From IMG/VR virus record IMGVR_UViG_2718217859_000005: DNA of 45,085 nucleotides; one strand, given 5' to 3'. Of the stretch, positions 16,131 through 24,943 are shown piece after piece. The notes under the pieces were generated by a model. The model saw only the letters and a list, made by a program, of their open reading frames with translations. It did not search any database and had not been told where the DNA came from. This DNA is from a virus. Its lineage: Duplodnaviria; Heunggongvirae; Uroviricota; Caudoviricetes. Every line of letters begins with the position of its first letter. The stretch's first letter is position 1. Position numbers and translations under genes: made by a program.

Positions 16131-16305
16131 ATTCATTTTTTTCATGGCTCGCTACGGCGGGCCTTTTTCATATCCGCGCCACGCCCGGCGCACATCAAAA
16201 ACCACAGAGCCTTTCAGGGGTGAGCTTACGGGATGGTCAGTGTGACTTTCTCTGTGGGCTGGTCACCCCCGGGCGGAGGCTCACCCACTAAAAGGAAAAG
16301 TCACG

Positions 16306-16731
16306 ATGTTTGGTATTTTCAAAAAGAAAACCCGCAAGGCCATTACCGAAGTGAAGAAGATGGAGAACCGCGACGCAGTGGAGGCGACCGTCTGGGGTGC
16401 GTATTCCATTGCATATGCTGACGGCACCTGTGACGCGAAAGAAATCGCGGTACTGGAGAAAACCATTGCAGCACTTCCTGCCTTTGCGCCGTTCTCGGGT
16501 GAGATTGCACAAATGAGTGCAAATATCCGCGCCCGTTATGAAGCATCGCCGCGTTCTGCCAATGCCGAAGCCCTCCGCCAGCTGGCTGATATTGCAGGTA
16601 CTGATGACGCAGTTAATGTGCTGTGCCTGTGTCTGGATATCGCTGACCAGGATGGTATTGGTCCGGATGAAGAAGCACAGCTCAAGAAAATTGCTCAGGC
16701 GCTGCAGCTACCACTGGAGCAGTACCTGTGA
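16306..16731 (+). CDS. TerB-like domain protein
   Basis: 141 aa; AAGGA RBS. All-helical pattern aligning by eye with TerB (VEATVWGAYSIAYADGTCDAKEIAVLEK...; ...VLCLCLDIADQDGIGPDEEAQLKKIAQAL). Confidence 0.65.
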   Translation: MFGIFKKKTRKAITEVKKMENRDAVEATVWGAYSIAYADGTCDAKEIAVLEKTIAALPAFAPFSGEIAQMSANIRARYEASPRSANAEALRQLADIAGTDDAVNVLCLCLDIADQDGIGPDEEAQLKKIAQALQLPLEQYL

Positions 16732-16892
16732 AAAGTGCGCGCCTTGTGCTGGCTGCCATCCTGCTGTTTCTGGTAGTGGCAGTGGATTTCACCGGACGGC
16801 TGATGTCGGTACTGGCAGATGGTGTGCTGGTGGCGGGGATGGTGATAATGGTGTTGCCTTTGCTGAAGAGTGTAAAAAATACACAGACGTGA
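16728..16892 (+). CDS. Small hydrophobic protein (54 aa, GTG start overlapping the TerB-like stop)
   Basis: ORF found by eye (V/MKSARLVLAAILLFLVVAVDFTGRLMSVLADGVLVAGMVIMVLPLLKSVKNTQT); two predicted TM segments. Confidence 0.3.
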   Translation: MKSARLVLAAILLFLVVAVDFTGRLMSVLADGVLVAGMVIMVLPLLKSVKNTQT

Positions 16893-17086
16893 AATGTTAA
16901 ATCCATCACAATTAAGTTGATTGGGCATTGCTGGTTGACGGAGCTTTTGTTAGAAAAAATTTGCATGGTGGATCCCCCCGGGTGGTGGGCATATGAGTGA
17001 TGTATGTTTCTGTTCTGCTCCTTTATTATGCTGATTCGGGTACTGATACTGAATTCATCGGGAGGCACCCGGCACCATGCAAGCAT

Positions 17087-17109
17087 GCCCCTCTCCTGAG
17101 GGGCTTTTT
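17087..17109 (+). terminator. Rho-independent terminator
   Basis: Hairpin GCCCCTC-TCCT-GAGGGGC followed by TTTTTA. Confidence 0.5.
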
Positions 17110-17153
17110 ATATAAACAGGTTCTACAGATTCTATCAGACATGCGTAAACTTA

Positions 17154-17489
17154 TTATGGCCTGTGTCGTTTTAGTCCGTAGGGGCATATTTGCAGAATGC
17201 AACGGTTATTAAAGCATTCATTAAATACGTTATCTGAATTTGCAGGGCATTCCTGGCTGTTTTTGATTAAATCCCAGAATCTTTTATTGAATGGTACAAC
17301 GTTGTAAATGGTTACAGGTAGCACTTTGTTATTGAGTACGATACCTGTGTGAGTCAGCGTAAATATACTTTCAGGAGGTAAGAAAACATCCGATTGATAC
17401 CAGATTATTAATTTTATTTTACTCCATATGGCTGAAAAAGATATTCCACATGATGGCTGGATAACTGTGTCAATCACAATCCACTTCAT
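17154..17489 (-). CDS. Hypothetical Cys-rich protein (111 aa)
   Basis: Track ORF with a good AAGGA RBS 7 nt upstream of the ATG at 17489; AT-rich; Cys-rich C-terminus ([27 protein letters not shown]). Confidence 0.35.
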   Translation of the reverse strand: MKWIVIDTVIQPSCGISFSAIWSKIKLIIWYQSDVFLPPESIFTLTHTGIVLNNKVLPVTIYNVVPFNKRFWDLIKNSQECPANSDNVFNECFNNRCILQICPYGLKRHRP

Positions 17490-17661
17490 TTAGTTTCCTT
17501 ATTTATGCCTTGCTGGTGATGTTCTGAAAAGTATAAATGATAATTTTGAATGTAAACCATAGAGCAGAATTATTTTTCTGATGTATGAGGTATCAGGACC
17601 ATCAGTAATTAACGGGTGGCTTTTTTATTGTTGTCAGCTTCCGGATAACGGGAGACGGGGT

Positions 17662-17877
17662 ATGTACCAGATGGAAAAAATCACAACAGGTGTGTCATAC
17701 ACCACGTCAGCGGTGGGGACGGGATACTGGTTACTGCAGCTGCTGGACAAAGTCTCTCCGTCCCAGTGGGTGGCAATAGGCGTGCTGGGGAGTCTGCTGT
17801 TTGGTCTGCTGACGTACCTGACGAACCTGTATTTCAAAATTAAAGAAGACCGGCGTAAGGCGGCGCGGGGAGAGTAG
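17662..17877 (+). CDS. S: Class II holin, phage 21 S-type (pinholin), with dual-start motif MYQM
   Basis: 71 aa from the ATG at 17662 (GGGAGACGGGG RBS). Strong resemblance to S21 as recalled (..[34 protein letters not shown]). Confidence 0.8.
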   Translation: MYQMEKITTGVSYTTSAVGTGYWLLQLLDKVSPSQWVAIGVLGSLLFGLLTYLTNLYFKIKEDRRKAARGE

Positions 17878-17880
17878 ACG

Positions 17881-18522
17881 ATGAACCATGAAGAAATGAA
17901 TCAGCGCATAAGTTGCCTGGAAAATGAAATCACTGAACTGAATAAAAAACTGTCGGTGCTGATGGTTTCTGAAGATGAAAAAAAACGCCGCGATGAGCAG
18001 GAAGCAGCGTTTTACGATGATTGCATCAAAATTGCTCGCAGGACCTTTGAGAAGATTTTGCAGGAAAAGTTTTTACCGACCGCATTGTCAGAAAAGTACT
18101 CCATTACAGTTAAAAGTGCCGGAGAGGAAGGCAATAAACGTTATTTTATTGCGTCTGCACCGGATAAAGACCAGGAATGGGGGGATAATCGGCCATCTTT
18201 TATTGTGACAAGCGATGACTGGAATATCACGATCCGTGAAGATGGAAAAGTAACACCAGCATCGCACCAGCACAGTGAGGCGCTCATTGAATTTGCCATT
18301 GATTACCTGAAGAACAATAAAAAGCAGGGACTAATGAAGCGCATTGGTCGTTGCATGGGATATCTGCAGGTAGCTGCTGAGATTGAAGCGCTGGCCAGTG
18401 GTGCGGACAAGGATGCAGTTGTGCGGGAGGCTCTTCTTCGTGATTTTGATAATCCGCCCTTTAAAAAAGTGCCGGCTTACTGGTTTCATCCAGGACTGAC
18501 TTATCTTAAAGGACGTATATAA
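17881..18522 (+). CDS. Hypothetical protein (213 aa) with N-terminal coiled coil, inserted between holin and endolysin
   Basis: Starts 4 nt after the holin stop with a GGGAGAG RBS; N-terminal heptad-like helix (MNHEEMNQRISCLENEITELNKKLSVL...); no lysozyme motifs. Confidence 0.6.
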   Translation: MNHEEMNQRISCLENEITELNKKLSVLMVSEDEKKRRDEQEAAFYDDCIKIARRTFEKILQEKFLPTALSEKYSITVKSAGEEGNKRYFIASAPDKDQEWGDNRPSFIVTSDDWNITIREDGKVTPASHQHSEALIEFAIDYLKNNKKQGLMKRIGRCMGYLQVAAEIEALASGADKDAVVREALLRDFDNPPFKKVPAYWFHPGLTYLKGRI

Positions 18523-18531
18523 GCTGGCTCG

Positions 18532-18846
18532 TTATCTGTTGCCGGATAATCGACGGAAGATGCGTTCTTTTTGTGATTTGGCGTAATGATGATCCCACTC
18601 ACATTCAAGGTAGTTTAATTCTTCGTTTAACCAGTCATTTATATTGTCTTTCAGACGTAGAAGCATGGCTGGTGTTAATATTCTGGACATAATGTCGAGA
18701 GTTGGTGGTGTGAGGTGTCCATACGGCTCAGCCTGAATGGATTTTACTGCTTCGTGGTTTTGCTGAATGAGTTTAAGGAATGCTGATTTAAATTGTTCAT
18801 TCATGGCCTGCATGCAGGCGGTATATTTATGTTCATCGTTATACAT
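18532..18846 (-). CDS. Hypothetical protein (about 104 aa), convergent with the preceding gene
   Basis: Track ORF 18532..18900 trimmed to the ATG with a GAGGA RBS (MYNDEHKYTA...). Confidence 0.4.
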   Translation of the reverse strand: MYNDEHKYTACMQAMNEQFKSAFLKLIQQNHEAVKSIQAEPYGHLTPPTLDIMSRILTPAMLLRLKDNINDWLNEELNYLECEWDHHYAKSQKERIFRRLSGNR

Positions 18847-18974
18847 TGCTAAATCCTCGACGGGAATTGTCAGATATATTTCAGCCATCAGGTAAAACAC
18901 CAGTGCCCACCACTGGCGGGCTGAAGACTTAACATATCCAGGGATTCGGAACCGATAAATCCTGATAAATATCC

Positions 18975-19508
18975 ATGAACACCAAAATCAAATACGGTCT
19001 GTCGGCTGCCGTTCTGGCGCTGATTGCCGCAGGTGCGCCTGCGCCTGAAATCCTCGACCAGTTTCTGGATGAAAAGGAAGGTAACCACACCACGGCATAC
19101 CGTGATGGTGCGGGGATCTGGACCATCTGCCGTGGAGCCACCCGGGTGGATGGTAAGCCTGTTATTCCTGGCATGAAGCTGTCAAAGGAAAAATGCGACC
19201 GGGTTAACGCCATTGAACGTGACAAGGCGCTGGCATGGGTGGCGAAAAACATCAAAGTGCCACTGACTGAACCCCAGAAAGCGGGGATCGCGTCATTCTG
19301 TCCGTATAACATTGGCCCCGGTAAGTGTTTCCCGTCGACGTTTTATAAACGAATTAATGCAGGCGATCGCAGGGGAGCGTGTGAAGCGATTCGCTGGTGG
19401 ATTAAGGACGGTGGCAGAGACTGCCGTATCCGCTCAAATAATTGCTACGGTCAGGTATCCCGGCGAGATCAGGAAAGTGCGCTGGCGTGCTGGGGAATCG
19501 ACAGATAA
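18975..19508 (+). CDS. R: SAR (signal-anchor-release) endolysin, T4-lysozyme-like glycoside hydrolase (phage 21 R-type)
   Basis: N-terminal weakly hydrophobic Gly/Ala-rich SAR segment (YGLSAAVLALIAAGAPAPEIL), then a catalytic E-8aa-D-5aa-T triad (EGNHTTAYRDGAGIWT). Pairing with a pinholin is the phage 21 arrangement. Confidence 0.85.
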   Translation: MNTKIKYGLSAAVLALIAAGAPAPEILDQFLDEKEGNHTTAYRDGAGIWTICRGATRVDGKPVIPGMKLSKEKCDRVNAIERDKALAWVAKNIKVPLTEPQKAGIASFCPYNIGPGKCFPSTFYKRINAGDRRGACEAIRWWIKDGGRDCRIRSNNCYGQVSRRDQESALACWGIDR

Positions 19509-19601
19509 GCAGAATATTTTGCTGAAAAATGACGTTGACCAACGCGGACGGATAACACGAAATCCTGCGAACTGGCAAAACCTAAGTGAATAAAAGTAAA
19601 A

Positions 19602-19640
19602 CCCCGTTTGTTGGCAGCAAGCGGGGTTTTGTGTTTCTGA
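19602..19640 (+). terminator. Rho-independent terminator-like hairpin after the endolysin gene
   Basis: AACCCCG-loop-CGGGGTT followed by TTTTGTGTTT. Confidence 0.45.
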
Positions 19641-19663
19641 CCTTGGATAAGGCAAGGGAGAAC

Positions 19664-19846
19664 ATGGAAAAGTATAAACGAATTCTGTTGAGGTTGACTA
19701 TGAAAAACGGCCTTGAACTGAAAGCGCCTGTAACTGATGACATCAGCAGAGCGCTGGCTTTTGCTATTAAGTGGGTGGCGGTCGGTATTGCTGTGTCTCC
19801 GATGCTGTATGGGCTGGCAAAACTGGTCATTGCGTTGAAATCGTGA
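19664..19846 (+). CDS. Small protein with C-terminal TM segment (60 aa)
   Basis: Internal ATG of track ORF 19586..19846 with a GGGAGAA RBS; the longer ORF would span the hairpin at 19602-19640. Confidence 0.3.
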   Translation: MEKYKRILLRLTMKNGLELKAPVTDDISRALAFAIKWVAVGIAVSPMLYGLAKLVIALKS

Positions 19847-19858
19847 AGAGGATTAAGC

Positions 19859-19990
19859 ATGTCAGACAAGCTCATAACGCTGGCGAAGATCCTCTGTGTA
19901 ATCGTCGGCATTTCATTTTCACTAATGCTGGTTGCTCTTAGGCTGGATGATGTTGTCTTCGTCGGGGATGCTGGGGTGAGGGGGATATGA
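19859..19990 (+). CDS. Small membrane protein (43 aa)
   Basis: ORF found by eye; GAGGA RBS; stop overlaps the Rz start (ATGA). Confidence 0.3.
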   Translation: MSDKLITLAKILCVIVGISFSLMLVALRLDDVVFVGDAGVRGI

Positions 19991-20454
19991 ACCGTGTTCT
20001 GTGTGTGGTGATTATTGTCCTGCTGGTAGCCTGTGGTGCGCTTGGTCTGGGGCTGAATCATTACCGCGATAACGCCATCACCTACAAAGCGCAGCGCGAT
20101 AAAAAAGTCAGAGAGCTGGAGCTGGCGAACGCGACAATTACTGATATGCAGATACGCCAGCGTGATGTCGCTGCACTTGATGCCAGATACTCGAGGGAAT
20201 TAGCCGATGCGAGAGCTGAAAATGAAACTCTGCGTGCTGATGTTGCCGCTGGTCGTAAGCGCCTGCGGATCAACGCCACCTGCTCCGGTACCGTGCGTGA
20301 AGCCACCGGCACCTCCGGCGTGGATAATGCAACCGGCCCCCGACTGGCAGACACAGTTGAACGGGATTATTTCACTCTCAGAGAGCGGTTGATGATGATG
20401 CAGAAGCAGCTGGAAGGGGCGCAGGAATATATCCGCACTCAGTGTATTAACTAG
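19987..20454 (+). CDS. Rz: Rz-type inner-membrane spanin (i-spanin)
   Basis: 155 aa; N-terminal TM segment ([20 protein letters not shown]) and periplasmic coiled coil; contains the embedded Rz1 frame. Confidence 0.8.
   Translation: MNRVLCVVIIVLLVACGALGLGLNHYRDNAITYKAQRDKKVRELELANATITDMQIRQRDVAALDARYSRELADARAENETLRADVAAGRKRLRINATCSGTVREATGTSGVDNATGPRLADTVERDYFTLRERLMMMQKQLEGAQEYIRTQCIN
20222..20392 (+). CDS. Rz1: Rz1-type outer-membrane lipoprotein spanin (o-spanin), embedded in the +1 frame of Rz
   Basis: [15 protein letters not shown] lipobox followed by a Pro-rich segment ([24 protein letters not shown]); entirely within Rz in another frame. Confidence 0.7.
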   Translation: MKLCVLMLPLVVSACGSTPPAPVPCVKPPAPPAWIMQPAPDWQTQLNGIISLSESG

Positions 20455-20477
20455 TATTTTTGTTATCCGGAGAATGC

Positions 20478-20702
20478 ATGAAGAAATTACTGGTAACCGT
20501 AAAGCCTTTTCAGGGAACAATTCTGTTCCGTATTTTGCAGCGTGGTCGTGTTCTTGTTGAAGGTTCGTTCAGTGGTAAATGTACGCAATTACACTCCCGG
20601 ATCTTTCAGGTGAATGCCACGAATGAAGAGCTAACCGTTGAGTGTACGATGAATGCCGCTAAATGCCGCATGGTATCGGCTGCATTACAGCCAGTGTGTT
20701 GA
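20478..20702 (+). CDS. Hypothetical protein (75 aa)
   Basis: Internal ATG of track ORF 20460..20702 (MKKLLVTVKPFQ...) with a GGAGAA RBS. Confidence 0.3.
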   Translation: MKKLLVTVKPFQGTILFRILQRGRVLVEGSFSGKCTQLHSRIFQVNATNEELTVECTMNAAKCRMVSAALQPVC

Positions 20703-20908
20703 GCGACCTTATTATCCATGCGCGGTATTGTCGCCGTATTTCCGCATTAACAGAGACCGCAGCCCGACAGGGAGACTCCTCTGCGCGAGTGTGCGGGGAT
20801 AATCAAAAACGATACACACCGGGGTTTACTGCGTTAACGGAGCGCGGCGTTGTCCCCTCATAGTCGCCTGGCCGGTGCGATGGTGGAAGAAACCGGAAAT
20901 TTATTCAA

Positions 20909-20938
20909 TAAAAAAACCTGCCGGGTTGTTACGGCAGG
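20909..20938 (-). terminator. Rho-independent terminator (minus strand)
   Basis: Hairpin CCTGCCG-8 nt-CGGCAGG preceded on the plus strand by A7, which is a T-run after the hairpin on the minus strand. Confidence 0.45.
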
Positions 20939-21562
20939 TTATGGCACATGCAGAAGAGAATGTTGTTGTTATGACGAATTTTTTATCAGATTTTAATGCA
21001 AGTATTCAATTCGAAATAACCGAGCCTGAATTACAATATATGTTATGAATTATTCTCTTATTTTTTGAGCCATTCAACAAGACTGGCATGGAGCCGTTAC
21101 CCGATCTCCATAAAGGAATAACAGGAAATATCTTATTATTAAGCATTTCTGAATAATAAATGAGGTCGCTGGATTAATATATTGTCTTTTTAACTGGAGT
21201 TGCGGTAGTTTTGCCCGATGTTTTTTGATGACTTATTATTTATTCTTATGCAATATGCGATTTTAAGTATGTTAAGTCTTTATCGGATTGTTTATGTAAG
21301 CACGATGGTTAAATTTTATGATTCTCTGCCGTCTGACATGGATTGAATTTGCTCATTATTTGACTGGGTGAATACATCATAAAACGAAAACGGGGCAACT
21401 GCACTCGCAGGCTCTTTGTCAGTGTCGCTGGTGTGTTTTGGGGCTGATAACGATGAAGACCTCTCCCGGAGGAGATTCAGACATACCTGCACAAAGCCTG
21501 AATTGAAAAGCAACAGTTATAATGTGCAGTGCGGTGGGGATGAAAAATATGTGAGCATAATC

Positions 21563-21591
21563 AAAAAAACTGCTGTGTTGGAGCACAGCAG
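21563..21591 (-). terminator. Rho-independent terminator (minus strand), downstream of the RHH-like gene
   Basis: Hairpin CTGCTGTG-TTGGAG-CACAGCAG preceded on the plus strand by A7. Confidence 0.45.
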
Positions 21592-21737
21592 TAAAGGTAC
21601 TGATAAGGGTAGAAGATTATTATTGTTATTCTTTTTTATTTTATATGACGGATGATTTCAATTCGGAATAAATACGACTAATAACTGCGACTTTTTGTAA
21701 ATTCAGCAATATAAAGAAATGGTTATATGAACAGTTA

Positions 21738-21950
21738 TCACAGAGCAGACGGTGTATCATTCTTTGTTACAGTTAACTGACGGGCACATTTTATGTCTGC
21801 TGCCAGCCTCCGGCGACAGGCTTCAATAACCCATGCCGAAAAGTTGCCGGAGCCTTTATGCTCAAGGGCGATATTGATCTGCTCAATCATGTGATTGGGA
21901 AAACGGATGTTACGGGTTGTTGTTTTGCTGGTTTTGTTCTTCGATGACAT
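21738..21950 (-). CDS. Small ribbon-helix-helix-like DNA-binding protein
   Basis: 70 aa; RNIRFPNHMIEQINIALEH...NFSAWVIEACRRRL fits a beta-strand/helix/helix RHH layout; basic N-terminal tail. Confidence 0.45.
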   Translation of the reverse strand: MSSKNKTSKTTTRNIRFPNHMIEQINIALEHKGSGNFSAWVIEACRRRLAADIKCARQLTVTKNDTPSAL

Positions 21951-22149
21951 TGTCTTTTTCCATATTCACTGCAGTGTTCTGTATTGTCCAAAGATGTTTT
22001 TACTTAAATTTGATGCAGATCAATTAATGCATTGAGACCGAACTCATTATTTGTCCTCTTTCATGGTGAACTTGTCGGTTGAGATAACTTTTATTTAATT
22101 GATAATTATTATCATTTTCGGGTCCTTTCTGGCGATCCGGCCTGTTACG

Positions 22150-22161
22150 GGGCGGCGACCT
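22150..22161. other. cosN-type cohesive-end site (GGGCGGCGACCT), lambda-type
   Basis: Exact match to the lambda 12-nt cohesive end as I recall it; the 40 nt that follow (CGCGGGTTTTCGCTATTTATGAAAATTTTCCGG) also match the lambda left end. Lies about 190 nt upstream of the small terminase gene. Confidence 0.8.
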
Positions 22162-22190
22162 CGCGGGTTTTCGCTATTTATGAAAATTTT

Positions 22191-22302
22191 CCGGGATCCA
22201 TGTCCGGTTTCTCTTCAAGTTAACTATATGAAAAATATAAAAACAGGTTTTCTGTGAACCGGACATGAACAAAAATAGACATGTAAGCCGGACATGACCG
22301 GT
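22191..22302. repeat. Putative cosB: three CCGGACATG repeats (one inverted) flanking an A-rich IHF-like segment
   Basis: CATGTCCGG at 22199-22207, CCGGACATG at about 22260 and 22289; A-rich AAAAATATAAAAACA between them. Differs from the lambda R-site sequence, implying a different small-terminase specificity. Confidence 0.5.
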
Positions 22303-22343
22303 TTTGTTGTGATTGTGAGGTGAGAGTTTTTGCGAGGTGAGGA

Positions 22344-22853
22344 GTGGCTACGCAGACTGAAGTTGCCAGGCATTTAAGTCTGACCGATCGCCAGCTTCGC
22401 AGATTGCAGAAATTGCCGGGTGCCCCGATATCGAATAAGAGAGGGCAACTGGATCTGGATGCCTGGCGCGATTTTTACATATCGTATCTGAGGAGAAGTA
22501 AAAACGATGTGCCTGATGGCGATAGCGAAGACGACTATGAGGAGAAATTGCTTATTGCCAGATGGGAACTGACAGCAGAACAGGCTGTTACACAGCAGTT
22601 AAAAAATGAGGTGTCAAAAGGAAAACTTATTGACACCGGGTTCTGTATTTTTGCCCTCAGTAAGCTGGCAATGGCGTTATCCAGTACGCTTGATTCCATC
22701 CCTTTATCCATGCAGCGACAGTTTCCTGATTTAACACCGCGCCATCTTGACCATCTGAAAACCCTTATTGCGAAGGGGGCAAATCAGTGTGCGCGGGCGG
22801 GGGATAAATTACCGGATTTACTCGATGAATATATCAGAGCAACAACTGAATAA
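22344..22853 (+). CDS. Terminase small subunit (Nu1-like, N-terminal HTH)
   Basis: GTG start with a GAGGTGAGGA RBS; N-terminal HTH-like segment (TQTEVARHLSLTDRQLRRL); immediately upstream of and overlapping the large terminase gene. Confidence 0.75.
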   Translation: MATQTEVARHLSLTDRQLRRLQKLPGAPISNKRGQLDLDAWRDFYISYLRRSKNDVPDGDSEDDYEEKLLIARWELTAEQAVTQQLKNEVSKGKLIDTGFCIFALSKLAMALSSTLDSIPLSMQRQFPDLTPRHLDHLKTLIAKGANQCARAGDKLPDLLDEYIRATTE

Positions 22854-24753
22854 TATGATGAGCGCTGTCACAACAGCATTACAGCCCCTGATAAGGGCAT
22901 TGCCGGTGACGCCAGTTGAATGGGCTGATCAAAATTATTATCTGCCTAAAGAATCTTCATATGGTGAGGGAGAATGGAAAACGCTGCCATTCCAGATCGC
23001 CATCATGAACAGCATGGGGAATGATCAGATCCGCACTGTTAATCTGATTAAATCTGCCCGTGTTGGCTATACAAAGATGTTGCTGGGGGTGGTCGGGTAT
23101 TTTATTGAGCATAAATCCCGAAACAGTCTGCTTTTTCAGCCTACGGATTCTGCCGCTGAAGATTTTATGAAGTCTCACGTGGAGGCGACGATTCGGGACG
23201 TGCCATGCCTGAAAGACCTTTCCCCATGGCTGGGTCGTAAACATCGTGACAATACTCTCACGCTGAAACGCTTTTCATCGGGTGTGGGCTTCTGGTGCCT
23301 GGGCGGCGCTGCCGCCAAAAACTACCGTGAAAAATCCGTGGACGTGGTCTGCTATGACGAACTTTCCTCGTTCGAGCCGGATGTCGAAAAAGAGGGCTCG
23401 CCAACCCTGCTGGGGGATAAGCGTATTGAGGGCTCTGTATGGCCAAAATCCATTCGCGGCTCGACGCCTAAAATCAAAGGCACCTGTCAGATCGAAAAAG
23501 CCGCTAACGAGTCGGCACATTTCATGCGTTTTTATGTGCCCTGCCCGCACTGTGGGGAGGCGCAGTATCTGAAATTTGGCGATGAATCCACGCCTTTTGG
23601 CCTTAAATGGGAGAAGGACAGCCCCGAAAGCGTTTTCTACCTCTGTGAACATTATGGCTGCGTGATCCATCAGTCTGAGCTTGACCAGAGCAACGGGCGG
23701 TGGATCTGTGAAAACACGGGCATGTGGACCCGTGACGGCCTGATGTTTTTCTGCGCCCGGGGTGATGAAATTCCGCCGCCGCGCTCCATCACTTTCCATA
23801 TCTGGACGGCGTACAGTCCGTTCACCACCTGGGTACAGATAGTCTATGACTGGCTGGATGCACTGAAAGATCCCAACGGCCTGAAAACCTTTGTGAACAC
23901 CACGCTGGGCGAGACCTGGGAAGAGGCCGTGGGCGAAAAACTCGATCACCAGGTACTGATGGATAAGGTTGTGCGTTACACGGCGGCGGTGCCTGCCCGG
24001 GTGGTTTATCTGACGGCGGGCATTGACTCGCAGCGAAACCGTTTTGAGATGTATGTCTGGGGATGGGCTCCGGGAGAGGAAGCCTTTCTGGTGGATAAAA
24101 TCATCATTATGGGGCGTCCCGATGAGGAAGAGACGCTGTTACGTGTGGATGCGGCGATCAACAAAAAATACCGCCATGCAGACGGAACCGAAATGACCAT
24201 TTCCCGTGTCTGCTGGGACACCGGGGGGATCGATGGCGAAATCGTTTATCAGAGGTCAAAAAAACACGGTGTTTTCCGGGTGCTGCCGGTAAAAGGCGCA
24301 TCTGTCTATGGCAAGCCGGTGATCACCATGCCAAAAACCCGCAATCAGCGGGGCGTGTATCTGTGTGAAGTGGGGACGGACACCGCAAAAGAAATTCTCT
24401 ATGCCCGTATGAACGCTGAACCCACGCCTGCGGATGAAGCCACGTCGTATGCCATCCGTTTTCCTGATGATCCGGAGATTTTTTCGCAGACAGAAGCGCA
24501 GCAACTGGTCGCGGAAGAGCTTGTGGAGAAGTGGGAAAAAGGAAAGATGCGTCTGCTGTGGGATAACAAAAAGCGGCGTAACGAAGCGCTGGACTGTCTG
24601 GTGTATGCCTACGCGGCATTACGTGTGTCCGTGCAACGCTGGCAGCTTGATCTGGCTGTACTGGCAAAATCCCGGGAAGAAGAGACGACCCGGCCAACCC
24701 TTAAAGAACTGGCAGCGAAGCTGTCCGGAGGAGTGAATGGTTACAGTCGCTGA
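22825..24753 (+). CDS. A: Terminase large subunit (lambda gpA family)
   Basis: Extensive near-colinear similarity to lambda gpA as recalled (..AVEWADQNYYLPKESSYGEGEWKTLPFQIAIMNSMG..; ..SVWPKSIRGSTPK..; ..WDNKKRRNEALDC..). Start taken at the ATG at 22825 (MNISEQQ). Confidence 0.9.
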   Translation: MNISEQQLNNMMSAVTTALQPLIRALPVTPVEWADQNYYLPKESSYGEGEWKTLPFQIAIMNSMGNDQIRTVNLIKSARVGYTKMLLGVVGYFIEHKSRNSLLFQPTDSAAEDFMKSHVEATIRDVPCLKDLSPWLGRKHRDNTLTLKRFSSGVGFWCLGGAAAKNYREKSVDVVCYDELSSFEPDVEKEGSPTLLGDKRIEGSVWPKSIRGSTPKIKGTCQIEKAANESAHFMRFYVPCPHCGEAQYLKFGDESTPFGLKWEKDSPESVFYLCEHYGCVIHQSELDQSNGRWICENTGMWTRDGLMFFCARGDEIPPPRSITFHIWTAYSPFTTWVQIVYDWLDALKDPNGLKTFVNTTLGETWEEAVGEKLDHQVLMDKVVRYTAAVPARVVYLTAGIDSQRNRFEMYVWGWAPGEEAFLVDKIIIMGRPDEEETLLRVDAAINKKYRHADGTEMTISRVCWDTGGIDGEIVYQRSKKHGVFRVLPVKGASVYGKPVITMPKTRNQRGVYLCEVGTDTAKEILYARMNAEPTPADEATSYAIRFPDDPEIFSQTEAQQLVAEELVEKWEKGKMRLLWDNKKRRNEALDCLVYAYAALRVSVQRWQLDLAVLAKSREEETTRPTLKELAAKLSGGVNGYSR

Positions 24754-24943
24754 ACTGCAGGCGCTGCGTCAGGCGCGCCTTGATTTATTAACCGGTAAAC
24801 GGGTGGTGTCTGTCCAGAAAGATGGTCGCAGAATTGAATATACGGCAGCTTCTCTGGATGAGCTTAACCGGGCGATCAATGATGCGGAGTCGGTACTGGG
24901 GACAACCCGACGTCGCCGTCGTCCGCTGGGAGTGAGGTTATGA
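24737..24943 (+). CDS. W: Head-tail joining protein (lambda gpW-like)
   Basis: 68 aa; ..LTGKRVVSVQKDGRRIEYTAASL.. matches gpW as recalled. Confidence 0.8.
   Translation: MVTVAELQALRQARLDLLTGKRVVSVQKDGRRIEYTAASLDELNRAINDAESVLGTTRRRRRPLGVRL

Noticed and set aside
16975-16995. Polylinker-like string GGATCCCCCCGGG (BamHI/SmaI-like) near a CATATG, considered as a possible engineered insertion or vector scar
   Set aside because: No flanking vector-like sequence and the surrounding DNA is continuous AT-rich phage-like sequence; short restriction-site coincidences are expected in 45 kb.
17061-17112. Tiny ORF (MQACPSPEGLFI) overlapping the terminator hairpin at 17087-17109, considered as an attenuator leader peptide
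   Set aside because: The RBS spacing is poor (about 12 nt) and there is no obvious regulated downstream gene on the same strand; too speculative to report as a feature.
23275-23949. 224-aa minus-strand ORF inside the large terminase gene
   Set aside because: Antisense to a strongly supported lambda gpA homolog; GC-rich antisense frames commonly lack stops; no RBS or homology.
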